A DNA stretch of 28,912 nucleotides. It comes from a virus. The notes below the pieces were generated by a model that was given only the letters and a program-made list of their open reading frames with translations, ran no database searches and was not told where the DNA came from. Shown here one piece after another: positions 7,980 through 17,397 of the stretch (positions are counted from its first letter, which is position 1; every line of letters starts with the position of its first letter). The DNA lies in UHGV virus genome UHGV-1359478; one strand, 5' to 3'. A program made the translations under genes and the position numbers.

Positions 7980-8692
7980 TCGGTGATACTCCCGTTAAAC
8001 GTTGAAGTCGGCCCCCCGGTATCATTTCCATCGTTGCCGTTTGAATGTTCATGGCTGTTAAGCCAGGTCAGAAGCGACTGCCACCCGGCGTGCATGATTG
8101 CAGGGCTAGTACTGGCCACTGAATCCTGCAGGTGACCAGCCTGGCCTGAAAGGCTCCATTTGCTACCCGTCAGTGAGAAAACTGTCCCGCCAACGGTGAC
8201 GGTGAAGCTGTCAGGTGTGGAAATGGCGATGCTGTCAGGCTTCAGGAGAAACGTCGTGTTGCTGCCACTGTCGCGCAGCGTTACACCCTCCGGCCCGTAT
8301 ACCGTCACCACCTGTCCGTCGACACCCTGCCACTCGGTATTACTGATCGGCAAGAAAACGAGGGCGCTTAAGTTTGCTGGCGGAGTCATATCTGCAATGC
8401 CGCCTCCCTGACCGCTAACGCCGCCAATGTAAGTATCTGCGGGGATAACAATCCCCTTATCTCCCGGCTGCATAGGGTAACGAATATATTGAGGGCCAAA
8501 TAAGGGGATAGTCACTTGCGGCAAAACATATGGGATATCCCTTAGCTCGAAGGAGACGGTGATCATATTCCCAGTTTGCTTAACCACGCTCGCCGGAAGA
8601 ACTTTCCCTGATTTTTGAAGCGCATTTTCAATCTTTCTTTCAGTAAACCTGTTCATGCTTGAGGCAAAATTAAGCTTGTTGTCGATGCTCAT
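7976..8692 (-). CDS. Baseplate spike/hub candidate
   Basis: 238-aa ORF with a Gly-rich central segment and Ser/Thr-rich C-terminus; called from position in the baseplate block. Confidence 0.4.
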   Translation of the reverse strand: MSIDNKLNFASSMNRFTERKIENALQKSGKVLPASVVKQTGNMITVSFELRDIPYVLPQVTIPLFGPQYIRYPMQPGDKGIVIPADTYIGGVSGQGGGIADMTPPANLSALVFLPISNTEWQGVDGQVVTVYGPEGVTLRDSGSNTTFLLKPDSIAISTPDSFTVTVGGTVFSLTGSKWSLSGQAGHLQDSVASTSPAIMHAGWQSLLTWLNSHEHSNGNDGNDTGGPTSTFNGSITE

Positions 8693-9726
8693 GCACTACC
8701 TGCCTTAATGAAAGGGGAAGCCTCAATAATTGTTACCCATGCCTCTGCCGTTGGTTGCCTGCTATTCCCTAACAGGCGAACGGAGTTCACAATAAAGTCG
8801 CCAGTAAAGGCAGAGTCTTCTCGATACTGAGAGTACGAAGAGGCCTGTATCAACGGAGTGCTTTTTTTAGGCATCAGGATGTGATCGCCAACCTGAATAT
8901 CACCGCGCATTACGCACGCCATGCTGATTGTGTTAAATGCCACCCATGTCGGCTGCCCTATCAAATCCTTGAAATCTATTTGGGTTGGGCTGTTGCTTCT
9001 GGCTACGGCGCTGGAAACAGAAGTCTTATCCGGGTGGTTATCATAATCGTTATCCCATACCCGGATCTCATTACCATTCACTATTGCGATCTCTACACCA
9101 GAGTACCCGCTATCGCGAATTCTGGAACGTGAAAAAGCATTAAGGTCCTTGGCCAGGGTGACAATGTCATCACAAAACAGCCCCCGGTAATGATTAAGGA
9201 TTAGCCGGTCGCTTATGTTGATATTGAACGTATACCCTCTGATGTTCATAAAACACTGCGTGAGGGCTACAGAAAGCTTCTGCCCCTCCTTCCAGTCAAA
9301 GGTTAAAGGAAGGGGTACGGGTTTGTTATTTGGCACGTTCTGGACAGGACCAACCACGATTATGAAGTCAAGTCGTAACTCAATACCCTGCCAGTTACCA
9401 AAGACCTGATTTATCACGCCATCCAATACCAGTTTTGGTGCGGTAACCTTGCCAGCCAATGGCAGCCCGTCTTTCATCCCAAGGAATATTTTAATTTTTT
9501 TGCCAAAAAAATTCTGGCGAGCCTGCTGCATTTCTTTTGGGCCAATACCCCAGATGGTCAGGTGAGTTTCGCCCTGGGGAGTCGATTCACCGTACCTGAG
9601 GATATCAAACTCAATCATCAGGGCGCCGGGGTTGTAAACTCCGTTCTTATGGCTACTGTATTTTATCGTTCTTTCCGGAGAGGCACCTTCAGCAGGAATG
9701 GTTATCTCAATATCATAATATCTCAT
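8689..9726 (-). CDS. Baseplate/tail structural protein (hypothetical)
   Basis: 345-aa ORF, coupled to neighbours. Confidence 0.5.
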   Translation of the reverse strand: MRYYDIEITIPAEGASPERTIKYSSHKNGVYNPGALMIEFDILRYGESTPQGETHLTIWGIGPKEMQQARQNFFGKKIKIFLGMKDGLPLAGKVTAPKLVLDGVINQVFGNWQGIELRLDFIIVVGPVQNVPNNKPVPLPLTFDWKEGQKLSVALTQCFMNIRGYTFNINISDRLILNHYRGLFCDDIVTLAKDLNAFSRSRIRDSGYSGVEIAIVNGNEIRVWDNDYDNHPDKTSVSSAVARSNSPTQIDFKDLIGQPTWVAFNTISMACVMRGDIQVGDHILMPKKSTPLIQASSYSQYREDSAFTGDFIVNSVRLLGNSRQPTAEAWVTIIEASPFIKAGSA

Positions 9727-10001
9727 GAACTGTTTACCTCAATCAGTCCATTCTGTTCGCGCCAGTACATGGAGGACGAATTAAACACTCCGGAGATAAT
9801 ATTTATTCCACCGTTAAGCTCGGAGCCAACGAGCGGGGTATTTAGAATGGTATTCCCAGAGCCATCTGTAATGAGGACATACCACCTCAGCCCGGCAATG
9901 TTCCATTTAACCTGGCAGTTATAGACGGTACCATCAAGGATCGGTGTAAATGTCATGCTTTGACGATCATTGCCGGTAAACGGATAATTCTGGGTTGTCA
10001 T
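9723..10001 (-). CDS. Small tail protein (hypothetical)
   Basis: 92-aa ORF overlapping its neighbours by 4 nt. Confidence 0.45.
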   Translation of the reverse strand: MTTQNYPFTGNDRQSMTFTPILDGTVYNCQVKWNIAGLRWYVLITDGSGNTILNTPLVGSELNGGINIISGVFNSSSMYWREQNGLIEVNSS

Positions 10002-10708
10002 GGCCCTACCCCCAACTTACCCAATAGGCCGGTTATTGCTTCCGATACAGAGCTCCCGAGAGGCGTGTTGCCAAGAGCATTGGCGGTATTAGTCCAGGAT
10101 GGGTCGGTTACCATATCCCCGGCGCCAATCTTGTTTAAAAAATTGTTCACGGCCTGCTCTGCACCATTATCGGTTATCAGTGGCTGCTCGAAATCCCATA
10201 TCCATGAACGCTGTGGTAATGGATCGTTACCAGAGGTAATGTCCCTCACTACACGCAAAATGCAGTTGCTATAGATAACGGATGGGGTGGCGACGATAAA
10301 CGTGCCGCCTAAGTTAGAATGCGCCTGAAGGACAGACTGCAAAGCACTCATAGTGACGAGCTTTGTCATCGCCCCGGTGTTTTCATTGACCGGGGCCTCC
10401 ATTACCAACGAAACGCGCAAAGGCTGAGCAAGCAAGGCGTTCGCAGCTACTACCTGGTTGGCGAAAGGGTATCTGGCAATTTCATAATCAACCATTGTGG
10501 CGCCCTGAACCGGTCGCCAGTGGCAGAAATATTTATCCAGATCGGTTAGGTTTATGGCTCCTCCAAGCAGCCCCGTAACAAAGCTCGCGCTCTGTGTCAA
10601 AGCGACGATCGGGAGCATTCCTCCAGGAATGGCCTGCGCTATCCCTCCGCAAAGTATTACTGGGGATATTTCAAAACCCAGCTTATACATTTCACGTGTG
10701 AATCCCAT
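9998..10708 (-). CDS. Tail protein downstream of tape measure (hypothetical)
   Basis: 236-aa ORF whose start overlaps the tape-measure stop. Confidence 0.5.
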   Translation of the reverse strand: MGFTREMYKLGFEISPVILCGGIAQAIPGGMLPIVALTQSASFVTGLLGGAINLTDLDKYFCHWRPVQGATMVDYEIARYPFANQVVAANALLAQPLRVSLVMEAPVNENTGAMTKLVTMSALQSVLQAHSNLGGTFIVATPSVIYSNCILRVVRDITSGNDPLPQRSWIWDFEQPLITDNGAEQAVNNFLNKIGAGDMVTDPSWTNTANALGNTPLGSSVSEAITGLLGKLGVGP

Positions 10709-12525
10709 TACCTCGCCCCCAATTGCGCTGAAGTTACCACTGCATTCCCACCGGTATTGTTATAGATCTGAATGACTGTGCTCTCAGAAACTCTGCTACC
10801 AGCCCCTTCTTTTTGAGATATAGCAGAAATGAGTTTCGCGATAACCTGAGGATCATTGAGATTCAGTTTCTGATTCTCATTAAATCCAGTAGTTTTAACC
10901 ACATGCCGAATATACTCAGCGGTATTATTTTCCTTAGGAGGAGCCCATTTTCTTGCAATATCTCCTACCGTATTTATTCCTTTAGCGCCATACATTTGAA
11001 GTTGCTTTGTCGCCGCCAGTACGCCTTCATCCAGCGTTGGGAAGACGGCAAATTTACCGCTTCTCGTATTCTCGCTGCTGTATCCTTCAGCCCACCGCAG
11101 ATTTCCCGGATTATTAAATCGATCTGCAATAGTCCTGTTTCTGTCGGAAGTATTTGCAGGTGTGGGATCAACAGCTTTAACGGTTCCATCTTCAAAGAAG
11201 CGCCTAACACCCTTGAGCCAGCCCCATACATGCGGGTCATCATTGCTTCCAGGAGTATAGGATTTTCCCGTTTTCGGATCGATGATGGTGCTTGGGCTCA
11301 ACATCGTTGACCCGGATGATATATCCGCAGTAGAGATACTCGCTTTCCCTGTTACCCAATCAATAACCTTGCCAATTAGATTTCCCATTTTCTCTACTTT
11401 GTCCATAAAGTTGCTTACATCTGTGGAAAATTCAGGAGAAGCGAGGTAATTACCGAATCGCTCAATGCCGCCGGCAAGCGCATCAATCCACTTGCCGAGT
11501 TCGGGGGATTTCAGGACGGTATCGATCGCGCCTGACAGCGCATCAGACAGTTTTCTCAGTTGAGGTGTGAGAGGACCCAGGCCGCGCACAAACGTGTTTC
11601 TGATGCTCTGGCTGCTGTAATCGAGCTGGACGTTAAAATCCTGCCACTGACGCGCCTGCTGGTCGGTAATTTGCAACATACGCGCATCCTGCTGCGCGCG
11701 CTTCTCCATGGCGGTGATCTCCTCATCGCTCATGTTTTTGAAGCGGTTCAGGTCGTCCAGCGTAAAGAAGTTTGTCAGGCCGTGCGCCTGTGCGCCCTGC
11801 AGCGTGCTGCCGCTCTGCACGAAAATATCGCGCGCATTACGGATCATCTGCGGGAGCAGTTTGGCAGGGTCCTGGTCGGGATTGTTAATCCCCATCGCCT
11901 GAAACGTCCAGCGCTTAGACAGGTCCATCTGGGAATCGCGGATAGCGCCCAGCGTCCCCGCCGGATTACCCAGCGCTTTCTGGTAGTTTATGGCGGTGGA
12001 ATCAAGTGCGCCGATACTCGTCCCAAGCCCGAGAGAAGTAAACCGCTGGGCACCGGTGGTGGCAGCCAGGCGGTTGATGCCAAACAGGCCGCCAACGCCA
12101 AGGACGCCGGTAAATATCCCGACAATACCACCCCAGGACAGAAGGCTGGCCGTCGCTTCCTTGATATGCCCTGCCAGCGATTTAGCGTCTTTCGTCGCAT
12201 CGCTGAGGAAGCCCTTCGCAGATCGGGTGCTTTTGTTGAATTCGTCCTGCTTTTTCTTCGAGTCTTCCAGGTTGGTATTGAGCCGATCGATACCGCTGTT
12301 GATGGTCAGGATGGCCTCGGCCACGGCATTAAACTCCGCGCCTAACTCCTTCGCCTCACCTTTGGCTTTTTCGGTCTGCTTGCTGCTTTCACCAATACCA
12401 ACGGCAGCCACTCGCCAGGCTTCCGGTAAATCATCCAGCGCGCTCTGGTACTCGCGAAACCTTTCCATAAACGCGACAAACTTGTCGTCATTTACGTCAA
12501 TGTCGACGATCGACTTAGCTACCAT
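10708..12525 (-). CDS. Tail tape measure protein
   Basis: ~605 aa from ATG at 12525 (AAGAGG Shine-Dalgarno 8 nt upstream); the track ORF extends to 12591. Coiled-coil-like N-terminal half, Gly-rich hydrophobic segment LLSWGGIVGIFTGVLGVGGLFG, position after the chaperone. Confidence 0.7.
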   Translation of the reverse strand: MVAKSIVDIDVNDDKFVAFMERFREYQSALDDLPEAWRVAAVGIGESSKQTEKAKGEAKELGAEFNAVAEAILTINSGIDRLNTNLEDSKKKQDEFNKSTRSAKGFLSDATKDAKSLAGHIKEATASLLSWGGIVGIFTGVLGVGGLFGINRLAATTGAQRFTSLGLGTSIGALDSTAINYQKALGNPAGTLGAIRDSQMDLSKRWTFQAMGINNPDQDPAKLLPQMIRNARDIFVQSGSTLQGAQAHGLTNFFTLDDLNRFKNMSDEEITAMEKRAQQDARMLQITDQQARQWQDFNVQLDYSSQSIRNTFVRGLGPLTPQLRKLSDALSGAIDTVLKSPELGKWIDALAGGIERFGNYLASPEFSTDVSNFMDKVEKMGNLIGKVIDWVTGKASISTADISSGSTMLSPSTIIDPKTGKSYTPGSNDDPHVWGWLKGVRRFFEDGTVKAVDPTPANTSDRNRTIADRFNNPGNLRWAEGYSSENTRSGKFAVFPTLDEGVLAATKQLQMYGAKGINTVGDIARKWAPPKENNTAEYIRHVVKTTGFNENQKLNLNDPQVIAKLISAISQKEGAGSRVSESTVIQIYNNTGGNAVVTSAQLGAR

Positions 12526-12648
12526 TGAAGAAACCTCTTTCTTTGAGCGCGGCGAGTAGGTAGCGCTGCCGGTACTGCGCCGGGCTTGCATACTCCTCGC
12601 CGGTGATCTCCCTTATCACCTGCCAGAAACCCTCATTAGACGCCCAGT

Positions 12649-13221
12649 CTAAGAGGGTATAAATGACGTTTCCGGCTGGGCATTCTGGGTCGGGGTATCG
12701 GTATCCGGCTTCGACGTCTGCAACGAATCGCGGAACGCCGTACCGCTCGATGAGGTTAGTTGCCCATCGTACATTTTGATCACCGTTCCCACGGTCGGCG
12801 CGATCAGGTTTGCCTTCTGAATAGCAGAGGAAACCATAAAAAAAACCACTTCGCCTTCGACCTCGCGATACTCATCAGGGTCGATAATCCCCTGCTTGAA
12901 TGCCACCTCAAGAGGCGTGGTTTTCCACTGGCCGCCGACGTTATGGATAACGACCGTCAGTCGCTGAATTTCATCAACGATGTTCGGACCTGTCCGACCG
13001 TTATCGATTTCCGCTTTCAGACTCTGCCTCAGCATCATCGCGGCGATTCTGGCGGCGCCAAGACCACCCACCTGCGAGATGAATTTTGTGAACAGGTTCC
13101 CCAGCAGGATGCAGTGTTCTTCCACCACCTCATAGGGGAATGGCGTCACATGCAGGTATACGATCGAGCCGTCTTCGCGGGTAACGTTGGTGACCAGATT
13201 CAGTTTCTTGTCAATTTTCAT
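12649..13221 (-). CDS. Tail assembly chaperone candidate
   Basis: 190-aa ORF between the tube and tape measure genes; called from order only. Confidence 0.45.
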   Translation of the reverse strand: MKIDKKLNLVTNVTREDGSIVYLHVTPFPYEVVEEHCILLGNLFTKFISQVGGLGAARIAAMMLRQSLKAEIDNGRTGPNIVDEIQRLTVVIHNVGGQWKTTPLEVAFKQGIIDPDEYREVEGEVVFFMVSSAIQKANLIAPTVGTVIKMYDGQLTSSSGTAFRDSLQTSKPDTDTPTQNAQPETSFIPS

Positions 13222-13224
13222 GCA

Positions 13225-13662
13225 TTACACCCACATGTTGTCGTTGGTGACCATATAGCCGCTGATGGTTACCACAAAAGCCGGGTCCATCCCGCTGAAA
13301 GCCAGCTCGTTGAAGTTGACCAGATAGCAGTTGAGCAGCGTGATATTGCCGAACGTCGTTGCATCCGGCGTTACCACGATTTCACCCAGCGACGTGTCGG
13401 TTAAAAAGCGTTGCCGGTAGCTTTCGCCCAGCCCCTGAGTTTTCAGGAGATGCACGGTCAGCGTTACCTGCTGATACGGCGCCTGGCTGCCGACGGTTCC
13501 GGTCATCGTAGGGATGATGTCGGTCGCCGGGCCATCCGGACGCAGGCTAATGCCGTCCTTTGCCAGGTACGACGCCGAAACGTTCAGCGCCGGTGTGTCT
13601 GTGACGGAAAGAGCCCCGCGTACGCGGTTAAGGAAGCCCTGCGGTACTAATGGGTTCGCCAT
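13225..13662 (-). CDS. Tail tube protein candidate
   Basis: 145-aa ORF immediately downstream of the sheath-like gene. Confidence 0.5.
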   Translation of the reverse strand: MANPLVPQGFLNRVRGALSVTDTPALNVSASYLAKDGISLRPDGPATDIIPTMTGTVGSQAPYQQVTLTVHLLKTQGLGESYRQRFLTDTSLGEIVVTPDATTFGNITLLNCYLVNFNELAFSGMDPAFVVTISGYMVTNDNMWV

Positions 13663-13665
13663 TTT

Positions 13666-15060
13666 TTACGCCCCTACAAAGTTCGTTACGTTCACGTTAA
13701 ACGTGATGGATTCGAAGCCGCGGCGCGGCGTCATGACGGCGCTCAGCCCGTTATATTTGCCTTCCTGATAATCGGAGGGGTTCAGGCTGTTGTAGTTACT
13801 GAACGGCGCGGCGTTGATCACGGCGTTGCCGGCGTAAGTGCCTTTGTCATACTCGGTGTTGAAATCTTCCTGCGTCAGTTGCGTGTCGATGACGCGACCG
13901 AGGATCAGCCCGTAGCTGATGCCATTACGCAAGGTTTTCAGAGCACGACGCTGCAGGCGGTCAATGCCCTTCTGCTCGTAGTACAGCGGGTTAACGGTCG
14001 TGTTGGAGCCGTTGATGATTTCATTCGCCAGGTCGAGCTCAAGGTTGATCGCCGTCCACGCCACCGAATACCAGTAGTTGAACGGGTTACCATCGAGCAT
14101 GCGGCCGGTGAACAGCACTTTATTGCTGAGTCCACCTTCGGCGCCGGTGCCGATGTAGTTGATGTTGCTGTCCTGAAGCGATTTCAGCAGTGCGCTGTTG
14201 CCTTCCAGCGGGTACTCAGTCAGGCCGTACATAAAGCGGTACGACATCGGCGGCACCATGTTGCTCGACCCCGGGTCGTTTGCCAGGGACGACTGGAACG
14301 GGCCGGCCATGGAAAACTCGCTCGCCGGAATATCCGGAGCCTCGACGCCGGCAAAGACAGTTTTGTTTTTCGTCGCGACCCAATCCTGATAGGTCGCGAT
14401 CGTTGTGGTGACAAAGAAGTAAACCAGACTTCCCGGCGAAGTATAGAGGCTGGTCAGGGTTTTAAATTCATCGACCGAATCCCATTCGCGCGGCACCAGA
14501 TAGGAGAAAAACTTCTGGTAGGTGTTACCCAGGGAGACGTCTTCAGCAATGAAGGTTGTCAGCGCTGCGACAGCTGCCTCCATGGACACATCGCCCAGTT
14601 CCAGCACATAAACAGCCCGCGTTTTACCCTGGGCCCAGAACGAAGTATTCATCTGGGAAATTTCGGTCTGCACTACCGTTTTTACCGTTCCCATTGCCGT
14701 TGCGGTTCCTGGGTTGGTCGTCAGCGGATAGGTGAAGGTGTTGGCTCCTGTCACCGTAGCGGTATAGGCGCCATTGTACCCCGCCGGAGTCGCGCCGGAG
14801 ATGATCACCGGGACCTGCGACCCGTTAGTCCATCCGTGAGCGGCAGCCAGCGTGACGGTTACCACGCCAGTAGCCCAGGCGAGCGTCGAGATGGTTTTCT
14901 CCGGTGCAAGGATGTCGGCCAGGTCGGTTTCACTGGTCAGCAGCTGATATTCACCGGCATTCAGCGTCGTGCCGCCCATAGAAATCATCGCCCCGGACTT
15001 TAACAACTGCGAGGGCTTCGGCGGATTCGTCACCGACACGTTAATATTAACAATTGCCAT
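13666..15060 (-). CDS. Tail sheath protein candidate, carrying the shared ~60-aa module near its N-terminus
   Basis: 464-aa ORF preceding the tube/chaperone/tape-measure order typical of contractile tails. Module HGWTNGSQVPVIISGATPAGYNG...TFTY at aa ~58-130. Confidence 0.5.
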   Translation of the reverse strand: MAIVNINVSVTNPPKPSQLLKSGAMISMGGTTLNAGEYQLLTSETDLADILAPEKTISTLAWATGVVTVTLAAAHGWTNGSQVPVIISGATPAGYNGAYTATVTGANTFTYPLTTNPGTATAMGTVKTVVQTEISQMNTSFWAQGKTRAVYVLELGDVSMEAAVAALTTFIAEDVSLGNTYQKFFSYLVPREWDSVDEFKTLTSLYTSPGSLVYFFVTTTIATYQDWVATKNKTVFAGVEAPDIPASEFSMAGPFQSSLANDPGSSNMVPPMSYRFMYGLTEYPLEGNSALLKSLQDSNINYIGTGAEGGLSNKVLFTGRMLDGNPFNYWYSVAWTAINLELDLANEIINGSNTTVNPLYYEQKGIDRLQRRALKTLRNGISYGLILGRVIDTQLTQEDFNTEYDKGTYAGNAVINAAPFSNYNSLNPSDYQEGKYNGLSAVMTPRRGFESITFNVNVTNFVGA

Positions 15061-15064
15061 TTAC

Positions 15065-16003
15065 TTATTTCTCCGGGTCAATGGACGGAATTGCAGACGT
15101 GATCAACTGGCGCGCTAAATTACGCATCCGTTGCTGGTAGTAATTGATTTTGAATTTGATGGTCTTACGCATGGCAATGATGTTGAGCTCGTTCTGAGTG
15201 ACTCGCTCATCCTGCACGACGGGAATATTCATGATCCCCATCTCCGGGGCATCGCCGGTCGTGTAGTCCTGCACATACCGCACAAAGTCTTCAATGCTGG
15301 CGTTACGCAGGCCGGTGACCGAAAGCGTCACATCTTCCGATACCAGCTGATACTGGTTTTGCTTCTCGTCCAGATAGAAAGCGCCGGCGATCGGTGACGT
15401 GTTACTGCATTTCACCGTCGCATAGGGCGGAGAAAGGTTCTGCGTTGAGAGCATCGCCGGGAACATCGGCATGTACTGATTCAGTGCCAACCAGATCGGC
15501 AACGAGCTCGACACCACTACGTCAGAGAGGTCTATGTCATCCGCAGAGTTGATGATCTGCGACCGCATGTGCGGGAAAATTGCCTCTCCGGTGTAGTGGT
15601 ACAGGTTCGCCGGCTCATTCAGCCCGGTACGCCGGGAGAACGAGAACTGAACGCCAAAAAACTCGCCGATGTACAGCACCTCTGACCCGATGTCGTTAAA
15701 CGGGTCGATGTCCGCCTGTGCGGTGAACGTCACCACGTTGCGATCGTAAAGTTGCTCGTCGTCCTGAATGGTTTCTGTCGTCAGGTGCAAATAACCTTTC
15801 ACATCCACCGTATCCGGCTCATTGTTCGGATCGTCAGACAGGACCGAGGCTTTCACCCAGAACACGAAGCCATCGAGCGGAAGCACCTTTCTGATGTACT
15901 TCGTGAACGTGACCACCTGGAACCGGCTCAGATCATCCAGCCCCTGCGTCAGGGTAGCGTTAAGCTCGGTTTTGGCGTTCTGTAACTCACTCAGGGAAGG
16001 CAT
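15065..16003 (-). CDS. Head-tail joining / tail completion protein (hypothetical)
   Basis: 312-aa ORF between the capsid and sheath blocks. Confidence 0.45.
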   Translation of the reverse strand: MPSLSELQNAKTELNATLTQGLDDLSRFQVVTFTKYIRKVLPLDGFVFWVKASVLSDDPNNEPDTVDVKGYLHLTTETIQDDEQLYDRNVVTFTAQADIDPFNDIGSEVLYIGEFFGVQFSFSRRTGLNEPANLYHYTGEAIFPHMRSQIINSADDIDLSDVVVSSSLPIWLALNQYMPMFPAMLSTQNLSPPYATVKCSNTSPIAGAFYLDEKQNQYQLVSEDVTLSVTGLRNASIEDFVRYVQDYTTGDAPEMGIMNIPVVQDERVTQNELNIIAMRKTIKFKINYYQQRMRNLARQLITSAIPSIDPEK

Positions 16004-16433
16004 TCATCACCCCGCTTACCCAGGCGCGCATAGCTGCCTGATAGGTTCCTGTGTCAATGAACGAAGGGCGCGGCGGCCCCTTTTTGCCTTTAAAGCGCTT
16101 CGATATACCCTCAAGCGCGCGGCGCGTTGGAACACCAGGGAGGCCGTTCATCTCGGTGTTATCGAGGAAGCCGACAAAGAGATCGTGAACTTTGGACATT
16201 GACTCAGCGAGCGGGTCTTTTGCCGGCGGCGCGCCAGCGAACATGTTTTCAAGCGCTGCGGCCAGGTCTTTGCTCATCAGCTCAGCGATGTCGTTCCCGT
16301 AGCGGTCAAAGAACGTCTGCATAATCTGATACCTCGCTTCCAGCTCTTCCGCTACGCTCCCCGTCGTGGTGTCCTCGTCCTCGTAGGGGATATCGATAAC
16401 GCCCAGATGAAAGGTGATCATGACAAGCCCCAC
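15987..16433 (-). CDS. Head-tail connector protein (hypothetical)
   Basis: 148-aa ORF, overlapping coupling with neighbours. Confidence 0.45.
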   Translation of the reverse strand: MGLVMITFHLGVIDIPYEDEDTTTGSVAEELEARYQIMQTFFDRYGNDIAELMSKDLAAALENMFAGAPPAKDPLAESMSKVHDLFVGFLDNTEMNGLPGVPTRRALEGISKRFKGKKGPPRPSFIDTGTYQAAMRAWVSGVMNAFPE

Positions 16434-16846
16434 AGGCTACCGAACTGCTGAGCGATCATCAGGTAGCGACGGCCCCACGGGTCCTGGAGCATCTGCAGAT
16501 CTGCCAGCGACAGGTCTTTGAAGAAATCAGGGACCAGGCGCTGTGCGCTGGTAGAGTTATCCCCGGCTCCCGTGATAACCCCGGCTTTGAAGTCATTCAG
16601 CCCATATTGTTTACGGAACTCAGCAAACACAGCCTCTGTCCCGTAATTGATGAGAAACGATGCCCCAAGGTTATAAACCGCGATGCTGTACATGTTAGGC
16701 ATAACGCACGCGATGTCCGGGTTAACCCATTCAATGGCGCCGCCATAGGCGAGAGAAAAAGACGGCGAGTCGTCGGGAACCTTGTCGGGGGTGATTCCCA
16801 TATCAGATCGAACGAATTCGATGAATCCCGACAGACTGGTGGTCAT
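16418..16846 (-). CDS. Head-tail connector protein (hypothetical)
   Basis: 142-aa ORF. Confidence 0.45.
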   Translation of the reverse strand: MTTSLSGFIEFVRSDMGITPDKVPDDSPSFSLAYGGAIEWVNPDIACVMPNMYSIAVYNLGASFLINYGTEAVFAEFRKQYGLNDFKAGVITGAGDNSTSAQRLVPDFFKDLSLADLQMLQDPWGRRYLMIAQQFGSLWGLS

Positions 16847-17325
16847 TTCTTCTTGCTCCCGGCTTTCGGCGTGACAATTTTTTCGTTGATGGTCGGGTCG
16901 TCTGAATGGTCATCGCGCCCCTTGGCCTGCTCTGCGCTGAATTCCATGTCACCTTCGTAGCCGATACCGCTTTCGCGCAGTGTGTTATCCAGCGCGGCGA
17001 CGGATGCCTGCCGGCGGTTATGAGCCCCGCGGGTCAGATGACCATCGTTATCGCGAATGGTTTTCTCAATAACGCTGGCGGAAACGGGTTTGTTGATGCT
17101 GTAGCACAGGCCGACAAATGCCTGGCTCTGGTCGATTTTGGTTGAGTCAACCAGACCGTAAACCTGATGATGCTGAATAACCGCTTCGACTTCTTCGGTC
17201 GAGCCATCCAGAACCAGCATCTGTGAGCCGTGCTCAATGGGGATCTGGCGAAGGCGCCCGGTTTCCAGCTGGCGGAAAGTGAAGATGTGGCGCTGCTTGG
17301 TAGTGTTGGCGATGTACAGTTTCAT
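16843..17325 (-). CDS. Head completion protein (hypothetical)
   Basis: 160-aa ORF following the capsid terminator; Shine-Dalgarno GAAGGG upstream of ATG. Confidence 0.45.
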   Translation of the reverse strand: MKLYIANTTKQRHIFTFRQLETGRLRQIPIEHGSQMLVLDGSTEEVEAVIQHHQVYGLVDSTKIDQSQAFVGLCYSINKPVSASVIEKTIRDNDGHLTRGAHNRRQASVAALDNTLRESGIGYEGDMEFSAEQAKGRDDHSDDPTINEKIVTPKAGSKKK

Positions 17326-17339
17326 TGTTTACCCTTCGT

Positions 17340-17373
17340 AAAAAAGCCCCTGCACAGCGAACCATGCAGAGGC
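17340..17373 (-). terminator. Strong rho-independent terminator downstream of the major capsid gene
   Basis: Minus strand GCCTCTGCAT-GGTTCGCT-GTGCAGGGGC followed by TTTTTT: a 10-bp GC-rich stem with two G-U pairs. Confidence 0.6.
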
Positions 17374-17397
17374 TTAAGCACTTCTCAATTTCGAGTT

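Noticed and set aside
12526-12648. Programmed frameshift extension of the tail assembly chaperone into the tape measure frame
   Set aside because: The chaperone stop and the upstream part of the tape-measure frame are in the same phase but separated by TAG and then TGA/TAA stops; I could not identify a slippery heptamer. Left unresolved.
13879-15003. Long plus-strand ORFs (374 aa here; also 11560..12345, 17866..18486, 19499..20161, 12760..13404, 21557..22165, 22651..23193, 10813..11310) lying antisense to structural genes
   Set aside because: Each is entirely contained within a well-supported minus-strand gene in a tightly packed, translationally coupled operon. Products are Arg/low-complexity rich with no start context; these are typical antisense shadow ORFs in GC-rich coding DNA.
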